NCBI GenBank assembly: GCA_964610305.1
Contig: CAZSVL010000001.1
Span: forward strand, 6,083-70,082
Direction of reading: 5' to 3'
Origin: an uncultured Gammaproteobacteria bacterium
Lineage (GTDB): Bacteria; Patescibacteriota; Patescibacteriia; Magasanikbacterales; JBBTXJ01
Length of the DNA stretch: 64,000 nt
Made by a program: the position numbers and the translations under genes. Position 1 is the stretch's first letter. Each line of letters starts with the position of its first letter. Below, in pieces: positions 17,296-26,229 of this stretch. The notes below the pieces were generated by a model. That model did no database searches, had not been told where the DNA came from, and saw only the letters and a program-made list of their open reading frames with translations.

Positions 17296-17353
17296 TACCC
17301 CAGTTTCTGGGGTTTTTTTATTCATCGCGAGAAAAACCCGGCCGCGGCGCGGG

Positions 17354-17452
17354 CGTCATCCCGGAATTTTGCGCAGCAAAATATCCGGGATCTCAAGAAC
17401 GCTTTGCCGCAGGTGTTTTTACTTGAGATCCCGGGTCAAGCCCGGGATGACA
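17354..17452. repeat. REP-like palindrome doublet
   Basis: CGTCATCCCGG...CCGGGATCTC and inverted GAGATCCCGGGTCAAGCCCGGGATGACA. Confidence 0.85.
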
Positions 17453-17503
17453 AGATGCGAAGCATTTTAGAAAAAGATACCACGGCCGTGAGGCCGTGGA
17501 GTT

Positions 17504-18820
17504 TCATTTAAGAGGTCTCGCTAGAAGAGGAATTCCAATACGCTGCCTCAACGTTTCTCCTTTAAAGAGGGTTTTTTTACGCAGGCCAGACTCATGGCGT
17601 TCGTGCGTGCCGTCTGGTCCTTTTTGCACTTTTTGTGCGGCGCCCATAAAGACGGTGTGTTTGCCGTATTTTTTGTCTAAATCATCCACGGCGTCAAAAA
17701 TCCTATCTAATTTATGGGTGCGATTAGTGTCAGAGAATAAATCTAGCTGCACCGTTTTCTCATCTTTTAGTTTGTGAAGAGCTACGCTGGTGGATCTATA
17801 AAAGGTGTCTTTTTTAAAGAGTTTGTCATACGCTGCTCGTGCAGCGGCTATAACATCTACGGGGTTATTGCTGGCATGGGCCAATGTAACAGATGCGCCG
17901 CGTCTACTAAAGTTTTTTTTGTGGAGCGCAAAGGTAACCTTTGGGCATACTAAATTCATGCGCCTGGCTTTTATACACGCGTTTTCTATATTTCTACATA
18001 GATGCGCAAAGACCAGCTCTTTATCTGAGCTGCTAGGAGAGAAGGTTTTTTTCTTACGAATAGATTGGCGTGGCTTGGGTGGCGCATCGGTAACGGAGTA
18101 TATCAGCCGTCCGTTAAGCTCATGCCAAATTTCCTGGTGAGGTTTAGTAAGATAGCGCATGACCCAGTCTTCATCCTTTTTTGCGAGAGTTAGTGCGTCG
18201 CGAATGCCCATAATACGCAGATATTCATGTGTACGCGGACCAATGCCCCATATATCTTTTGGATGTGTGTCTTTAAGGAATTCATGAATTTTGCGGCCGG
18301 GAATTTGCGTGATGCCAAAAGGTTTTTTCCACTTGCTGGCCACTTTTGAAAGTACTTTTGTGGGAGCCAAACCTAAGGAAAACGTCATGCCCAGCTCTTT
18401 GTAAAGTGTATCCTGCAGCGTTTTAAGAATTTTAGGAAAGCTCATGCGTAGTGGTCTGCGCATGCCGGTGAGGTCCGCAAAGCATTCATCTATGCTGTAT
18501 TCTTCAACGGTGTGTGTGTACCGGCGGACAATATCAAAAAAACGCTGAGAAAAGAGGCTGTAACTTTCATAATCTGAAGGAACAAAAATAACATCGGGGC
18601 AGAGCTTTTTAATAGTGTGATATGGCATGGCGCGCGTAACGCCCGCGGCTTTTGCCTCATAAGAAATAGAGGCTGCAATACCGCGTTCTTTTCCGGTAAT
18701 AACGGGCTTACCCTTCCACGCAGGATTAAGCGCTTGCTCGCAAGAAGCAAAAAAAGCATCGCCATCTATATGCAAAATGGCGCGTGGATAAGAGCTAAGC
18801 ATGAGTGGTTGGGTAGGCAT
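17504..18820 (-). CDS. dinB: Y-family DNA polymerase (DinB/UmuC-like)
   Basis: HIDGDAFFASCE, SYEAK, YSIDE, IWGIG, QLDLF clamp-binding motif; start chosen at ATG 18820. Confidence 0.9.
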   Translation of the reverse strand: MPTQPLMLSSYPRAILHIDGDAFFASCEQALNPAWKGKPVITGKERGIAASISYEAKAAGVTRAMPYHTIKKLCPDVIFVPSDYESYSLFSQRFFDIVRRYTHTVEEYSIDECFADLTGMRRPLRMSFPKILKTLQDTLYKELGMTFSLGLAPTKVLSKVASKWKKPFGITQIPGRKIHEFLKDTHPKDIWGIGPRTHEYLRIMGIRDALTLAKKDEDWVMRYLTKPHQEIWHELNGRLIYSVTDAPPKPRQSIRKKKTFSPSSSDKELVFAHLCRNIENACIKARRMNLVCPKVTFALHKKNFSRRGASVTLAHASNNPVDVIAAARAAYDKLFKKDTFYRSTSVALHKLKDEKTVQLDLFSDTNRTHKLDRIFDAVDDLDKKYGKHTVFMGAAQKVQKGPDGTHERHESGLRKKTLFKGETLRQRIGIPLLARPLK

Positions 18821-18915
18821 GTTTTCCACTTGACAGATGGTCGAAGGTGAAGTATATTGGATACACAAATGGCTTCGGCCTCCGAGACCTCGCACACCCG
18901 TGCGAGGATCGTTTT

Positions 18916-19314
18916 TTATATAAAACTTTTAATTTTTTTCTTTATTTCTTCGAATTCATCTTTTGGTAGCGTACGGATTTTTCTTAATAAACGTTTGGTG
19001 CTGATTAGTTTTAATTGCGAGAGGATAAGTGTGTAAGTCTTATTTTTGTATATCGTTTCATGATAATATTTTCCTTGTTTAATTTTAGTACTTAACGGGA
19101 TTACCCATAAAAGATGCGGATTAAAACCTTTTAGAACAAGGGCAGGTCTTTGAAATGAGGCACCTTTTCCGTCCTGCTCGTGGCCCAAGTTTACTCCAAA
19201 ACTACACCACCAAATTTCTCGTTTTTGATAGAAGATAGTAGATCCTTTAATTTTTTGTTGCAGTCGTATTTTTAGCTTTGTCCATTGAACTATCTCATTT
19301 ATTTTTTTACTCAT
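18916..19314 (-). CDS. PemK/MazF-family toxin-like protein
   Basis: REIWW..GVNLGHEQDGKG..FQRPALV..VIPLST, LSQLKLIS.KRL. Confidence 0.85.
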   Translation of the reverse strand: MSKKINEIVQWTKLKIRLQQKIKGSTIFYQKREIWWCSFGVNLGHEQDGKGASFQRPALVLKGFNPHLLWVIPLSTKIKQGKYYHETIYKNKTYTLILSQLKLISTKRLLRKIRTLPKDEFEEIKKKIKSFI

Positions 19315-19319
19315 ACCAG

Positions 19320-19880
19320 CTAGTACTTCCGCACCACACCAATAACCACCGCTGCAATATTAAGCTCTTCTTCTGGAATTATATTTTCAAATGATTTATT
19401 TTCTGCTTGCAGATACACTTTTTTTCCAGACTTGCGTAGGCGTTTAAGGGTCCATGCGTGGTCCACCTCTGCAATAACAATGTCTCCGTCTGTGGCGCTG
19501 CGCCCGCGCTCTGCCAGCACCATATCTCCTGGCATAATGCCCGCCTCAGACATACTCATGCCCGATACTTTAAGCATAAACGTACTCTCTGGACGCTCCA
19601 GTAGCCATTGATCCAAGCTAAGGGTGTCCACGAGCTCTTCTTCTGCGGCAGAGGGAAATCCTGCTTCTATGGATCCTAAAACCGCCAGCTCTCCCAATCG
19701 ATGGGGGAGCAGCTTGCCTTGCGTGTCCTTTTTTAAAAACCCTTCATCTAAAAGTTTGCGTACCACCTTATAAGCCGCGTTTTTAGATTTAAACCCAAGC
19801 AGCTGCGCAATTTCACCGTAGCTGGGCATGCGTCTGTTTTTTTTATAAAACGAATGAATTTTATGAAGATGTTTTGGCAT
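19320..19880 (-). CDS. lexA: LexA-family repressor/S24 autopeptidase
   Basis: N-terminal HTH (PSYGEIAQLLGFKS), cleavage site AG in EAGFP, V.G.SM, TLKR. Confidence 0.9.
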   Translation of the reverse strand: MPKHLHKIHSFYKKNRRMPSYGEIAQLLGFKSKNAAYKVVRKLLDEGFLKKDTQGKLLPHRLGELAVLGSIEAGFPSAAEEELVDTLSLDQWLLERPESTFMLKVSGMSMSEAGIMPGDMVLAERGRSATDGDIVIAEVDHAWTLKRLRKSGKKVYLQAENKSFENIIPEEELNIAAVVIGVVRKY

Positions 19881-19970
19881 AAAAAAGTCCGTGCTAAGTT
19901 TACGCAGGAGCGGGGTGGCCCTTTGGCGCCTGCGTAAATTCAGAAAGGAGTTGAAAAAGGAGCTAAAAAT

Positions 19971-19999
19971 AGTATAGTAAACGATCGTTCACCATGCAA
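19971..19999 (-). promoter_or_regulatory. lexA promoter with a putative SOS box in the spacer
   Basis: TTGCAT-17-TATACT; the spacer contains the near-palindrome GTGAACGATCGTTTAC (GAAC-N4-GTTT). Confidence 0.75.
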
Positions 20000-20019
20000 G
20001 TGGATAACTCCCCAAGGTA

Positions 20020-20188
20020 TTGACAAAAAAGCGTATATATGCTATACTCTGCGCAAGCAAAAAGTGATGCCTTTTGGATAGAAATGTAGTCAGTTTCGTC
20101 CCGGTAGTCGTTTTTGCCGGATTTACTCATTTCCGTTTTGAGCAGAGGGTAGGAAACTGCCGTTTGGTCAAAGCGCCATTATCAAAAT
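20020..20188 (+). promoter_or_regulatory. csp promoter and long 5' UTR
   Basis: TTGACA(20020)-17-TATACT(20043-48) leaves a leader of about 135 nt, as known for cspA-type genes. Confidence 0.6.
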
Positions 20189-20389
20189 ATGGCACAAGGA
20201 ACCATTAAGAAGCTTACCGACAAAGGCTTTGGTTTTATCACCCAAGAGGGTCAGGACCAGGATCTTTTCTTCCACCACAGTGGACTTCAGGGTATTACCT
20301 TTGAAGAGCTTCGTGAAGGTGACGCAGTAACCTTTGAAGTCGAAGAGGCTGAAAAGGGACCTCGCGCAGTAAACGTTGCGCGCGCGTAA
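20189..20389 (+). CDS. Cold-shock protein (CSD)
   Basis: KGFGFI, DLFFH, KGPRAVNV. Confidence 0.95.
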   Translation: MAQGTIKKLTDKGFGFITQEGQDQDLFFHHSGLQGITFEELREGDAVTFEVEEAEKGPRAVNVARA

Positions 20390-20458
20390 CACTTTTTCAA
20401 AAACCGGCTTAGGCCGGTTTTTGGTTTATAAAAAAAGCGGCTGGTAGGCCGCTGAGAG

Positions 20459-21130
20459 TTACGCACGCACAATCAGATGCTGCTTGCGCTTTCCAAAACC
20501 TGAGCTTTTGATTTTGAAAATCGCTTCTGTGCTGCACGCTGTATTTGGACACGCGTGAACATATCCTCTTTCTCCCAATCCAATAAAACTTAGCCACCCA
20601 ACAGCTTTGGTTCCTCTAAACTCAAGTTCATGTTGGGTTTGTGTCCTTCCGCCAAAAGGATCGGTGTTTATGCCACCGCAGTCAGGATTGCCGCAAAGAG
20701 GCTCAAGATTCATGATATCATCAAGCAGTGCAAGCATGACATGGTCACTGATTTTTGGCTCAGGACACTTGTGCCTTGGCTCTTCTGCCCACCTAGCAAA
20801 TCCTCTTTTGGGATCGCTTTCTGAATGGATGGGGACATAGATTTTGCCACCAACATAGACGCCGTCTTTGGGCAGGGGGCCTGCAGCACGGCATCTGATT
20901 TCATCAAACAGAATCCAGACGTGAACTCCCACAGACATTACAAGTGCAAGCCAAGCGTACATTTCAAAGTCGGGGCTCCACTGTCTTTCTTTGATAAGTA
21001 CCTGGCCTACATATTCCATACCAGAAAGCAGCGCAAATATTAAAGCAAACGCCAATACCGTACAAACGCCAATCATCTTGAGCAGGTATGTAAGCTCTCC
21101 CTCGTGGAGTTTTTTAATTGCGGTGACCAA
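20459..21130 (-). CDS. Orphan membrane protein with a C-terminal Cys4 (zinc-ribbon-like) domain
   Basis: Two TM helices, CGNPDC...CPNTAC; SD AGGAGG before TTG 21130. Confidence 0.65.
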   Translation of the reverse strand: MVTAIKKLHEGELTYLLKMIGVCTVLAFALIFALLSGMEYVGQVLIKERQWSPDFEMYAWLALVMSVGVHVWILFDEIRCRAAGPLPKDGVYVGGKIYVPIHSESDPKRGFARWAEEPRHKCPEPKISDHVMLALLDDIMNLEPLCGNPDCGGINTDPFGGRTQTQHELEFRGTKAVGWLSFIGLGERGYVHACPNTACSTEAIFKIKSSGFGKRKQHLIVRA

Positions 21131-21233
21131 AATGACCTCCTGTTGAATTAAATTAAGCATAGCGAATTTTCAGTACATTGTCAAGGCTTGACAACATACT
21201 GTTGCTGTGTCACCCTATCTGCAGGAGGTTCGT

Positions 21234-22223
21234 ATGGAAAAAGTATATCCGGCTAAATTGAAGCAGGGAGATGTAGTAGCGGTGGTTGCGCCGTCTAGGT
21301 CCTTGTCTATTGTTTCATCTGAAAATAGGCATATTGCAAAGCGCAGGTTCGCAGAGGAACTGGGTTTGGGAGTGGAAATTAGCTCCCTTACGAGAGATTG
21401 CGATGATTTTTTGTCTACCCCGGTTGTAAAGCGTATCGCCAACTTGCATGGCGTTTTCAGAAATTCAAAGGTTGGTGCTATCTTTACCGCTATCGGCGGA
21501 TTTAGCTGTAATCAGCTACTAGATTATCTGGATTGGGATCTTATTGCCGCAAATCCAAAGGTGTTGTGCGGTTACTCAGACATTACGGCGCTTCAAAATG
21601 CCATTTTTGCTAGGACCGGTTTGGTGACGTATTCTGGACCGCACTTTTCTACGTTTGGCCAGGAGCATATGGACCCTTATACGGTTTCCGCCTTAAGAGC
21701 TTGTCTGTTTGAAGAAGAGCCCATTACGGTTCAGCCTTCCGATCACTGGAATGATGACCGATGGTGGGAGGACCAAGAAGGCAGAACCAGCAGACCAAAT
21801 GAGGGTTGGTGGGCTATGCAATACGGAAGAGCGCAGGGAACGCTTTTGGGCGGAAATCTGGGCACCTTTGCGCTGCTCTTTGGAACAAGATACATGCCAC
21901 CCCTGAAAGACAGCGTGCTTTTTTTAGAGGACGATGAGATTGAGACACCTGCAATGTTTGATAGATATCTGCAGGCGCTGATCCATCAGCCGGGTTTTGA
22001 TGGCGTGCAAGCATTGGTTATTGGACGATTCCAGATTGGAAGCAAAATGACCAGAGAGCTTTTGGCACAGATTATTGAGAGTAAGCCAGAGCTGCGCGGT
22101 TTGGCCGTCATTGCCAACGTAGATTTTGGCCATACCAATCCCATGATTACCTACCCCATTGGAGGAGAGGTATCTGTGTTTGCCTCCTCAACAGAAGCAA
22201 AGATTGAAATTCTAAGGCATTAG
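21234..22223 (+). CDS. S66 peptidase (LD-carboxypeptidase/MccF family)
   Basis: VAPS, IGGF, GYSDITAL, GGNL, LFLED, DFGHTNP. Confidence 0.93.
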   Translation: MEKVYPAKLKQGDVVAVVAPSRSLSIVSSENRHIAKRRFAEELGLGVEISSLTRDCDDFLSTPVVKRIANLHGVFRNSKVGAIFTAIGGFSCNQLLDYLDWDLIAANPKVLCGYSDITALQNAIFARTGLVTYSGPHFSTFGQEHMDPYTVSALRACLFEEEPITVQPSDHWNDDRWWEDQEGRTSRPNEGWWAMQYGRAQGTLLGGNLGTFALLFGTRYMPPLKDSVLFLEDDEIETPAMFDRYLQALIHQPGFDGVQALVIGRFQIGSKMTRELLAQIIESKPELRGLAVIANVDFGHTNPMITYPIGGEVSVFASSTEAKIEILRH

Positions 22224-22282
22224 AACCAGCGTCCTTTTGGGCGCTTTTTTAATAAAAAAACGACCCGATTGGATCGTATATG

Positions 22283-22951
22283 TTACGCTTGCGCTTTTGC
22301 GCCCAGCACGTCTTTTTCAAACTCTTTAATAGCAGCACGGAACTGTTCATCTGTTGCGTGCTCGCCTCTATTATGCTGTTCTTTAAACTTATCACTCATG
22401 AATCGGGAAAAAAATTCCACGTGCTGCTCTGTTTCCAGTTTTCTTGTAAAGAGTTCAACCATGTTTCCCTGGGCAGGGCTGCAAATATGAATTTTATGAG
22501 TCCTGTTGTCTTCCTGCAGCTGATTGAGTTCATTGTTAAAGATTCCCGCAAACATGGCACCTAAAATGGTATGCATAAACGCGGTAAGAAATGCAACAAA
22601 GATGGAGAAGAGAGGCTCGTTTTGCCCAATCTCTCTTGCACTCTTTGGCACATGCTTTTTGCTCATGAGCTGCGGCGTAAGCGCCAAAAAGACTGCAATG
22701 ATGGCCTCTGCCATGTGATCAAAGTATGGGCTTATTAGCTTGTACTCATCAAAATCAAAGGCGATAGGCGCGGATACGTCCCAGTTGCCATAATCACGAG
22801 CGCTACGCAGTGCGTAATACACATCTAGCTGAGAAACCTTTTTTTTGAAATGAGTAACATCAGCTTCATCCATCTGAAGCGGCCGCTCTATCTGCTCTGA
22901 AATGCTCTGATTCACACCCTCTACAAAATCTTTACCAGACCAGGTTATCAT
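22283..22951 (-). CDS. Orphan hypothetical protein
   Basis: 222-aa ORF with a strong SD, TTGACA-17-TATGCT promoter and terminator. Confidence 0.75.
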   Translation of the reverse strand: MITWSGKDFVEGVNQSISEQIERPLQMDEADVTHFKKKVSQLDVYYALRSARDYGNWDVSAPIAFDFDEYKLISPYFDHMAEAIIAVFLALTPQLMSKKHVPKSAREIGQNEPLFSIFVAFLTAFMHTILGAMFAGIFNNELNQLQEDNRTHKIHICSPAQGNMVELFTRKLETEQHVEFFSRFMSDKFKEQHNRGEHATDEQFRAAIKEFEKDVLGAKAQA

Positions 22952-23039
22952 GTCACCTCCTTTCTTTTGAGGGTAGCATAGGGGATTTTGGTGGGTTTGT
23001 CAAGGGTGACAGGATCTTGGTACGATAAAAAATGATCGA

Positions 23040-23375
23040 ATGAAAAAGAGTAACACTATAAAAGGAAAATTATGGATGCACGGCGGCAAACACGCGCCGG
23101 GCTCATCCAGCACGCAGCAGATGAAAGGCGCGTGGTATTTTTTTGCGTTGCCAAGGGGGGTGTCCGCACAGATTAAAAAAGCGTACGCGCCAGCAGCTCG
23201 CGGCTGGGGATCCATCCGTGTCACCGCCACTATCGGTAGCACCACATGGAAAACATCAATTTTTCCTGATAGCAAGTTGGGAGCTTACGTGCTGCCCGTG
23301 AAGGCGGCGGTTCGGAAGGCGGGGGGCGTGGGGGATGGGGATAGGATTAGTGTGAGATTGCTGATAGGTGTTTGA
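23040..23375 (+). CDS. DUF1905 domain protein
   Basis: AWYF, GWGSIRVTATIG.TTWKTSIFP, YVLPVKAAVR. Confidence 0.88.
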   Translation: MKKSNTIKGKLWMHGGKHAPGSSSTQQMKGAWYFFALPRGVSAQIKKAYAPAARGWGSIRVTATIGSTTWKTSIFPDSKLGAYVLPVKAAVRKAGGVGDGDRISVRLLIGV

Positions 23376-23419
23376 ATTAAAAAAGCGATCCGAGCGGATC
23401 GCTGATGTGCTTAAATAAT

Positions 23420-24712
23420 TTACAGCAGATGTACAACGGGAGCTGTCATGTGGGTCTTATTTATGTGGTGATTTTCAACGAAAGGCCACTGTGCAAGCTG
23501 CCATCGTGGTATGTCGGGATAGATTATTGAGCAAAAATCAATGCCTGTATCTACTCTATAAGGCAATCCACTCATTTGAAAGCTGTATTCGCCGCTAGAG
23601 GCGCGCCATGGATGTTGGGCCATCATCATGATAATTTCCAGGCCGGCCGCATTAGGGCCTATATCTTGCTTTAGGATGCCGCCAGGATTTGCGCACGTGT
23701 CAACAATTGCCCACTGCAGTCCCGGAATCCATGGAGTTTTATGATGGGGCTGCAGATTTTTTAGGTCAAAGTCGCTAATAAGCGAGAATGCCGGCGGTCC
23801 GGTTGCCGAAAAGCTCCATATTCCGGGTTTGGGAAGATGTGCCCAGCGAAAGTATGCCTGCATGGTTCGATGATACCCAGATACGCCATCTTTGTCTGGG
23901 AGTCGCGTGATGAGGATTACACTTTTGCTTGGATCAGAGACAGCCGGTGGTTTCTTCAGCGATTCAAACCAATGATTTGGTATATCCCATTCATCTATTT
24001 CGGCTCGGTGCCTGATCAGTTCCGGAAGATGCTCTGCAAGAGTATCTTTCATGGCCTCTGCATCCTGATTGCCGCGTAGATTTTTTTCATCTAGGCTGAT
24101 GCCAACCTTTACAACGCGCAGCGCCACGTCTTTTGTAGGATCGTCTAAGGTGTGCACGATACGATTTCGTAAAGAGCGCATAGATAGGTGAATGTCGCGA
24201 TTGGCGTAAATGACCATTACGGCTTGGAAACGCTCTGCGGCATCTTCGCTAGAAGCCTGTTGGCGTAAATGTCTCCAATTTAGTTTTACAGGAGCGCTTG
24301 TATGTTGCGTATTTTGTTGCCGCTCAATGTCCCAACTCTCTGAAGGAACAATAAATTTGGGATTGTCAAAATAGCTACAAAGGCAGTGGTAGATTTCTAC
24401 TGCCTGCCTGGCCTCCTGTTGCGTGGGCTCGTAGGCGTTATGAACCACGTGGGCGCGAAAGTCAATAACCCAAGATAAGGCGTTTTTTGCAGTTTCGCTC
24501 CATCCACCAGCAAGTGTAGTGTGACCCACATCTACAAATGACTTAAACACGCTCATTTTAGGATCGGTGATCCACGCAATTGGATCGTCAACGGTATCTG
24601 CGTACTGTCTGCATAACGCCTGTTCAAAGAGCACGCTGGCCTTTACTACGGCGCGATAGCGGTGTGCTGGGTTGTCACTCTGAGCATTAGCTAGCAGTTG
24701 CTGCCATGTCAT
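23420..24712 (-). CDS. Hypothetical protein with two repeated N-terminal helical domains carrying R-x4-H motifs
   Basis: SD GGAGG before ATG 24712; repeats MTWQQL...RAHVVH...PT and LNWRHL...RNRIVH...PT. Confidence 0.7.
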   Translation of the reverse strand: MTWQQLLANAQSDNPAHRYRAVVKASVLFEQALCRQYADTVDDPIAWITDPKMSVFKSFVDVGHTTLAGGWSETAKNALSWVIDFRAHVVHNAYEPTQQEARQAVEIYHCLCSYFDNPKFIVPSESWDIERQQNTQHTSAPVKLNWRHLRQQASSEDAAERFQAVMVIYANRDIHLSMRSLRNRIVHTLDDPTKDVALRVVKVGISLDEKNLRGNQDAEAMKDTLAEHLPELIRHRAEIDEWDIPNHWFESLKKPPAVSDPSKSVILITRLPDKDGVSGYHRTMQAYFRWAHLPKPGIWSFSATGPPAFSLISDFDLKNLQPHHKTPWIPGLQWAIVDTCANPGGILKQDIGPNAAGLEIIMMMAQHPWRASSGEYSFQMSGLPYRVDTGIDFCSIIYPDIPRWQLAQWPFVENHHINKTHMTAPVVHLL

Positions 24713-24810
24713 TTTGCCTCCTTTTTGTCTGTGGTGAGTGTATGCGGTTTTTGGGGGGTTGTCAAGGGGTTTTTGTGGCTTGTCGGTTTCTTCGTGATAT
24801 AATATTCGGC

Positions 24811-25479
24811 ATGGAGGGTGCCCAAAAATACACAATAAAGCAGCTACCGCGTGTAGAAAGGCCGCGGGAGAAGTTGATTGCCTATGGGCCGGGGAAGCTT
24901 TCTAACTCTGAACTTTTGGCGATTTTGTTGCGGACGGGGAAGAGGGGGGAGAATGTTGTTGAGATGGCGCGGAAGATTTTGCAGCGGTTTGGTAGCGGCG
25001 GATTGCATAATGCGTCTTTTAAAGATTTGGTGCAATATGTCGGGCTCGGTCCGGCAAAGGCATGTGAGATTGTGGCGTGTTTTGAGCTTGGAAAACGTTT
25101 GCTCAAAGACAAAAAGACGGTTTTGATAATGTCCGCGCAAGACGTTTGGTAGCAGGTGGCGGATATTCGAGGCAACAAAAAAGAGCATTTTGTAGTTTTT
25201 TATCTGGATACGCGGAATCAGCAGATTAAAAGGGAGATAATTTCAGTCGGAACGTTAAACGCCAGCCTGGTACACCCACGTGAAGTATTCGAACCGGCAA
25301 TCCGTTACAACGCCGCACACGTTATCGTCGCGCACAATCATCCGTCAGGAGATCCGGAGCCGTCACAAGAAGATTTCACTTTAACTCGGCGGCTTGTGGA
25401 TGCGGGGAAAATTCTAGGAATTGCACTGTTGGATCACGTGATTATGACAAAAGAATTTTATTTTAGCATAAAATTATAA
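24811..25479 (+). pseudogene. radC: RadC (JAB/MPN) family gene interrupted by an in-frame TAG at 25150-25152
   Basis: ERPREKL...LSNSELLAILLRTG and GTLNASLVHPREVF...HNHPSGDPEPSQED...LLDHVI are in one frame, separated by a single stop. Confidence 0.85.
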
Positions 25480-25520
25480 TTTTGTTACCTATTGACATGA
25501 TAGGTAACAAAATATATACT
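25480..25520 (+). promoter_or_regulatory. Promoter with a 13-bp inverted-repeat operator upstream of the HTH-Fic pair
   Basis: TTTTGTTACCTAT-tgacatg-ATAGGTAACAAAA straddling TTGACA(25492)-17-TATACT(25515). Confidence 0.8.
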
Positions 25521-25529
25521 TACTACATT

Positions 25530-25793
25530 ATGAAACAGACAGATAAGCCGTATCTTTCAACCGCGGAGCTCGCAGATTTGCTTGGCATAAGTAGGGTAGA
25601 GGTTTTTCGAAAAATTAAAAAAGGTCTTATTCCCGCTGAAAAAAAAGGTAGGAATTTTTTGATTCTTAAAAAAGATATTGAAAATTTGTTGAGTGGTACA
25701 TTGACCGCTGGTAAAAAGCGTCAAATCGATATTGCGGTTGATAAGACTTTAGCGGAATATGGAGAGACTCTAAAGCTACTTGGGCAAGAATAG
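25530..25793 (+). CDS. Excisionase-like HTH protein, putative antitoxin
   Basis: YLSTAELADLLGISRVEVFRKIKKGLIPA; C-terminal EYGETLKLLGQE; precedes Fic/Doc. Confidence 0.8.
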   Translation: MKQTDKPYLSTAELADLLGISRVEVFRKIKKGLIPAEKKGRNFLILKKDIENLLSGTLTAGKKRQIDIAVDKTLAEYGETLKLLGQE

Positions 25794-25794
25794 C

Positions 25795-26226
25795 ATGGCT
25801 AAAATATCGTCTATAACAGTTGCAGATATAGAGCATCTTGCTCATCGGCTTGCTAAAAAGATGTTTGAGTGGAACGAGCCGATTCCTGATTTTGGGACGC
25901 GTTACCCTAATAAGCTTGAAAGCTGTATAGCTGTGCCATTTCAGACATTTTCGAAGCGGATATTATATAAGGGTCTTTTGGAAAAAGCAGCCATACTTTT
26001 CTATCTGATGATCAAAAACCATCCGTTTCAGAATGGTAACAAGCGTATTGCCATGACGACGTTGTTTGTTTTTCTTCATATAAATGGCAAGTGGTTGGAG
26101 GTTGATAATCAGAAATTGTATAATTTTGCAAAGTGGGTTGCTGCGAGTGACGCAGAAGTAAAAGATGCGACCGTGTTAGCGATAAAGGATTTCTTGAAAA
26201 AGCATCTGGTTAATTTAGAGAAATAA
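25795..26226 (+). CDS. Fic/Doc family toxin
   Basis: HPFQNGNKR motif. Confidence 0.9.
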   Translation: MAKISSITVADIEHLAHRLAKKMFEWNEPIPDFGTRYPNKLESCIAVPFQTFSKRILYKGLLEKAAILFYLMIKNHPFQNGNKRIAMTTLFVFLHINGKWLEVDNQKLYNFAKWVAASDAEVKDATVLAIKDFLKKHLVNLEK

Positions 26227-26229
26227 TTT

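Noticed and set aside
25150-25152. Alternative genetic code (TAG or TGA recoding)
   Set aside because: Conserved genes in the window end normally in TAG and TGA and are uninterrupted under code 11.
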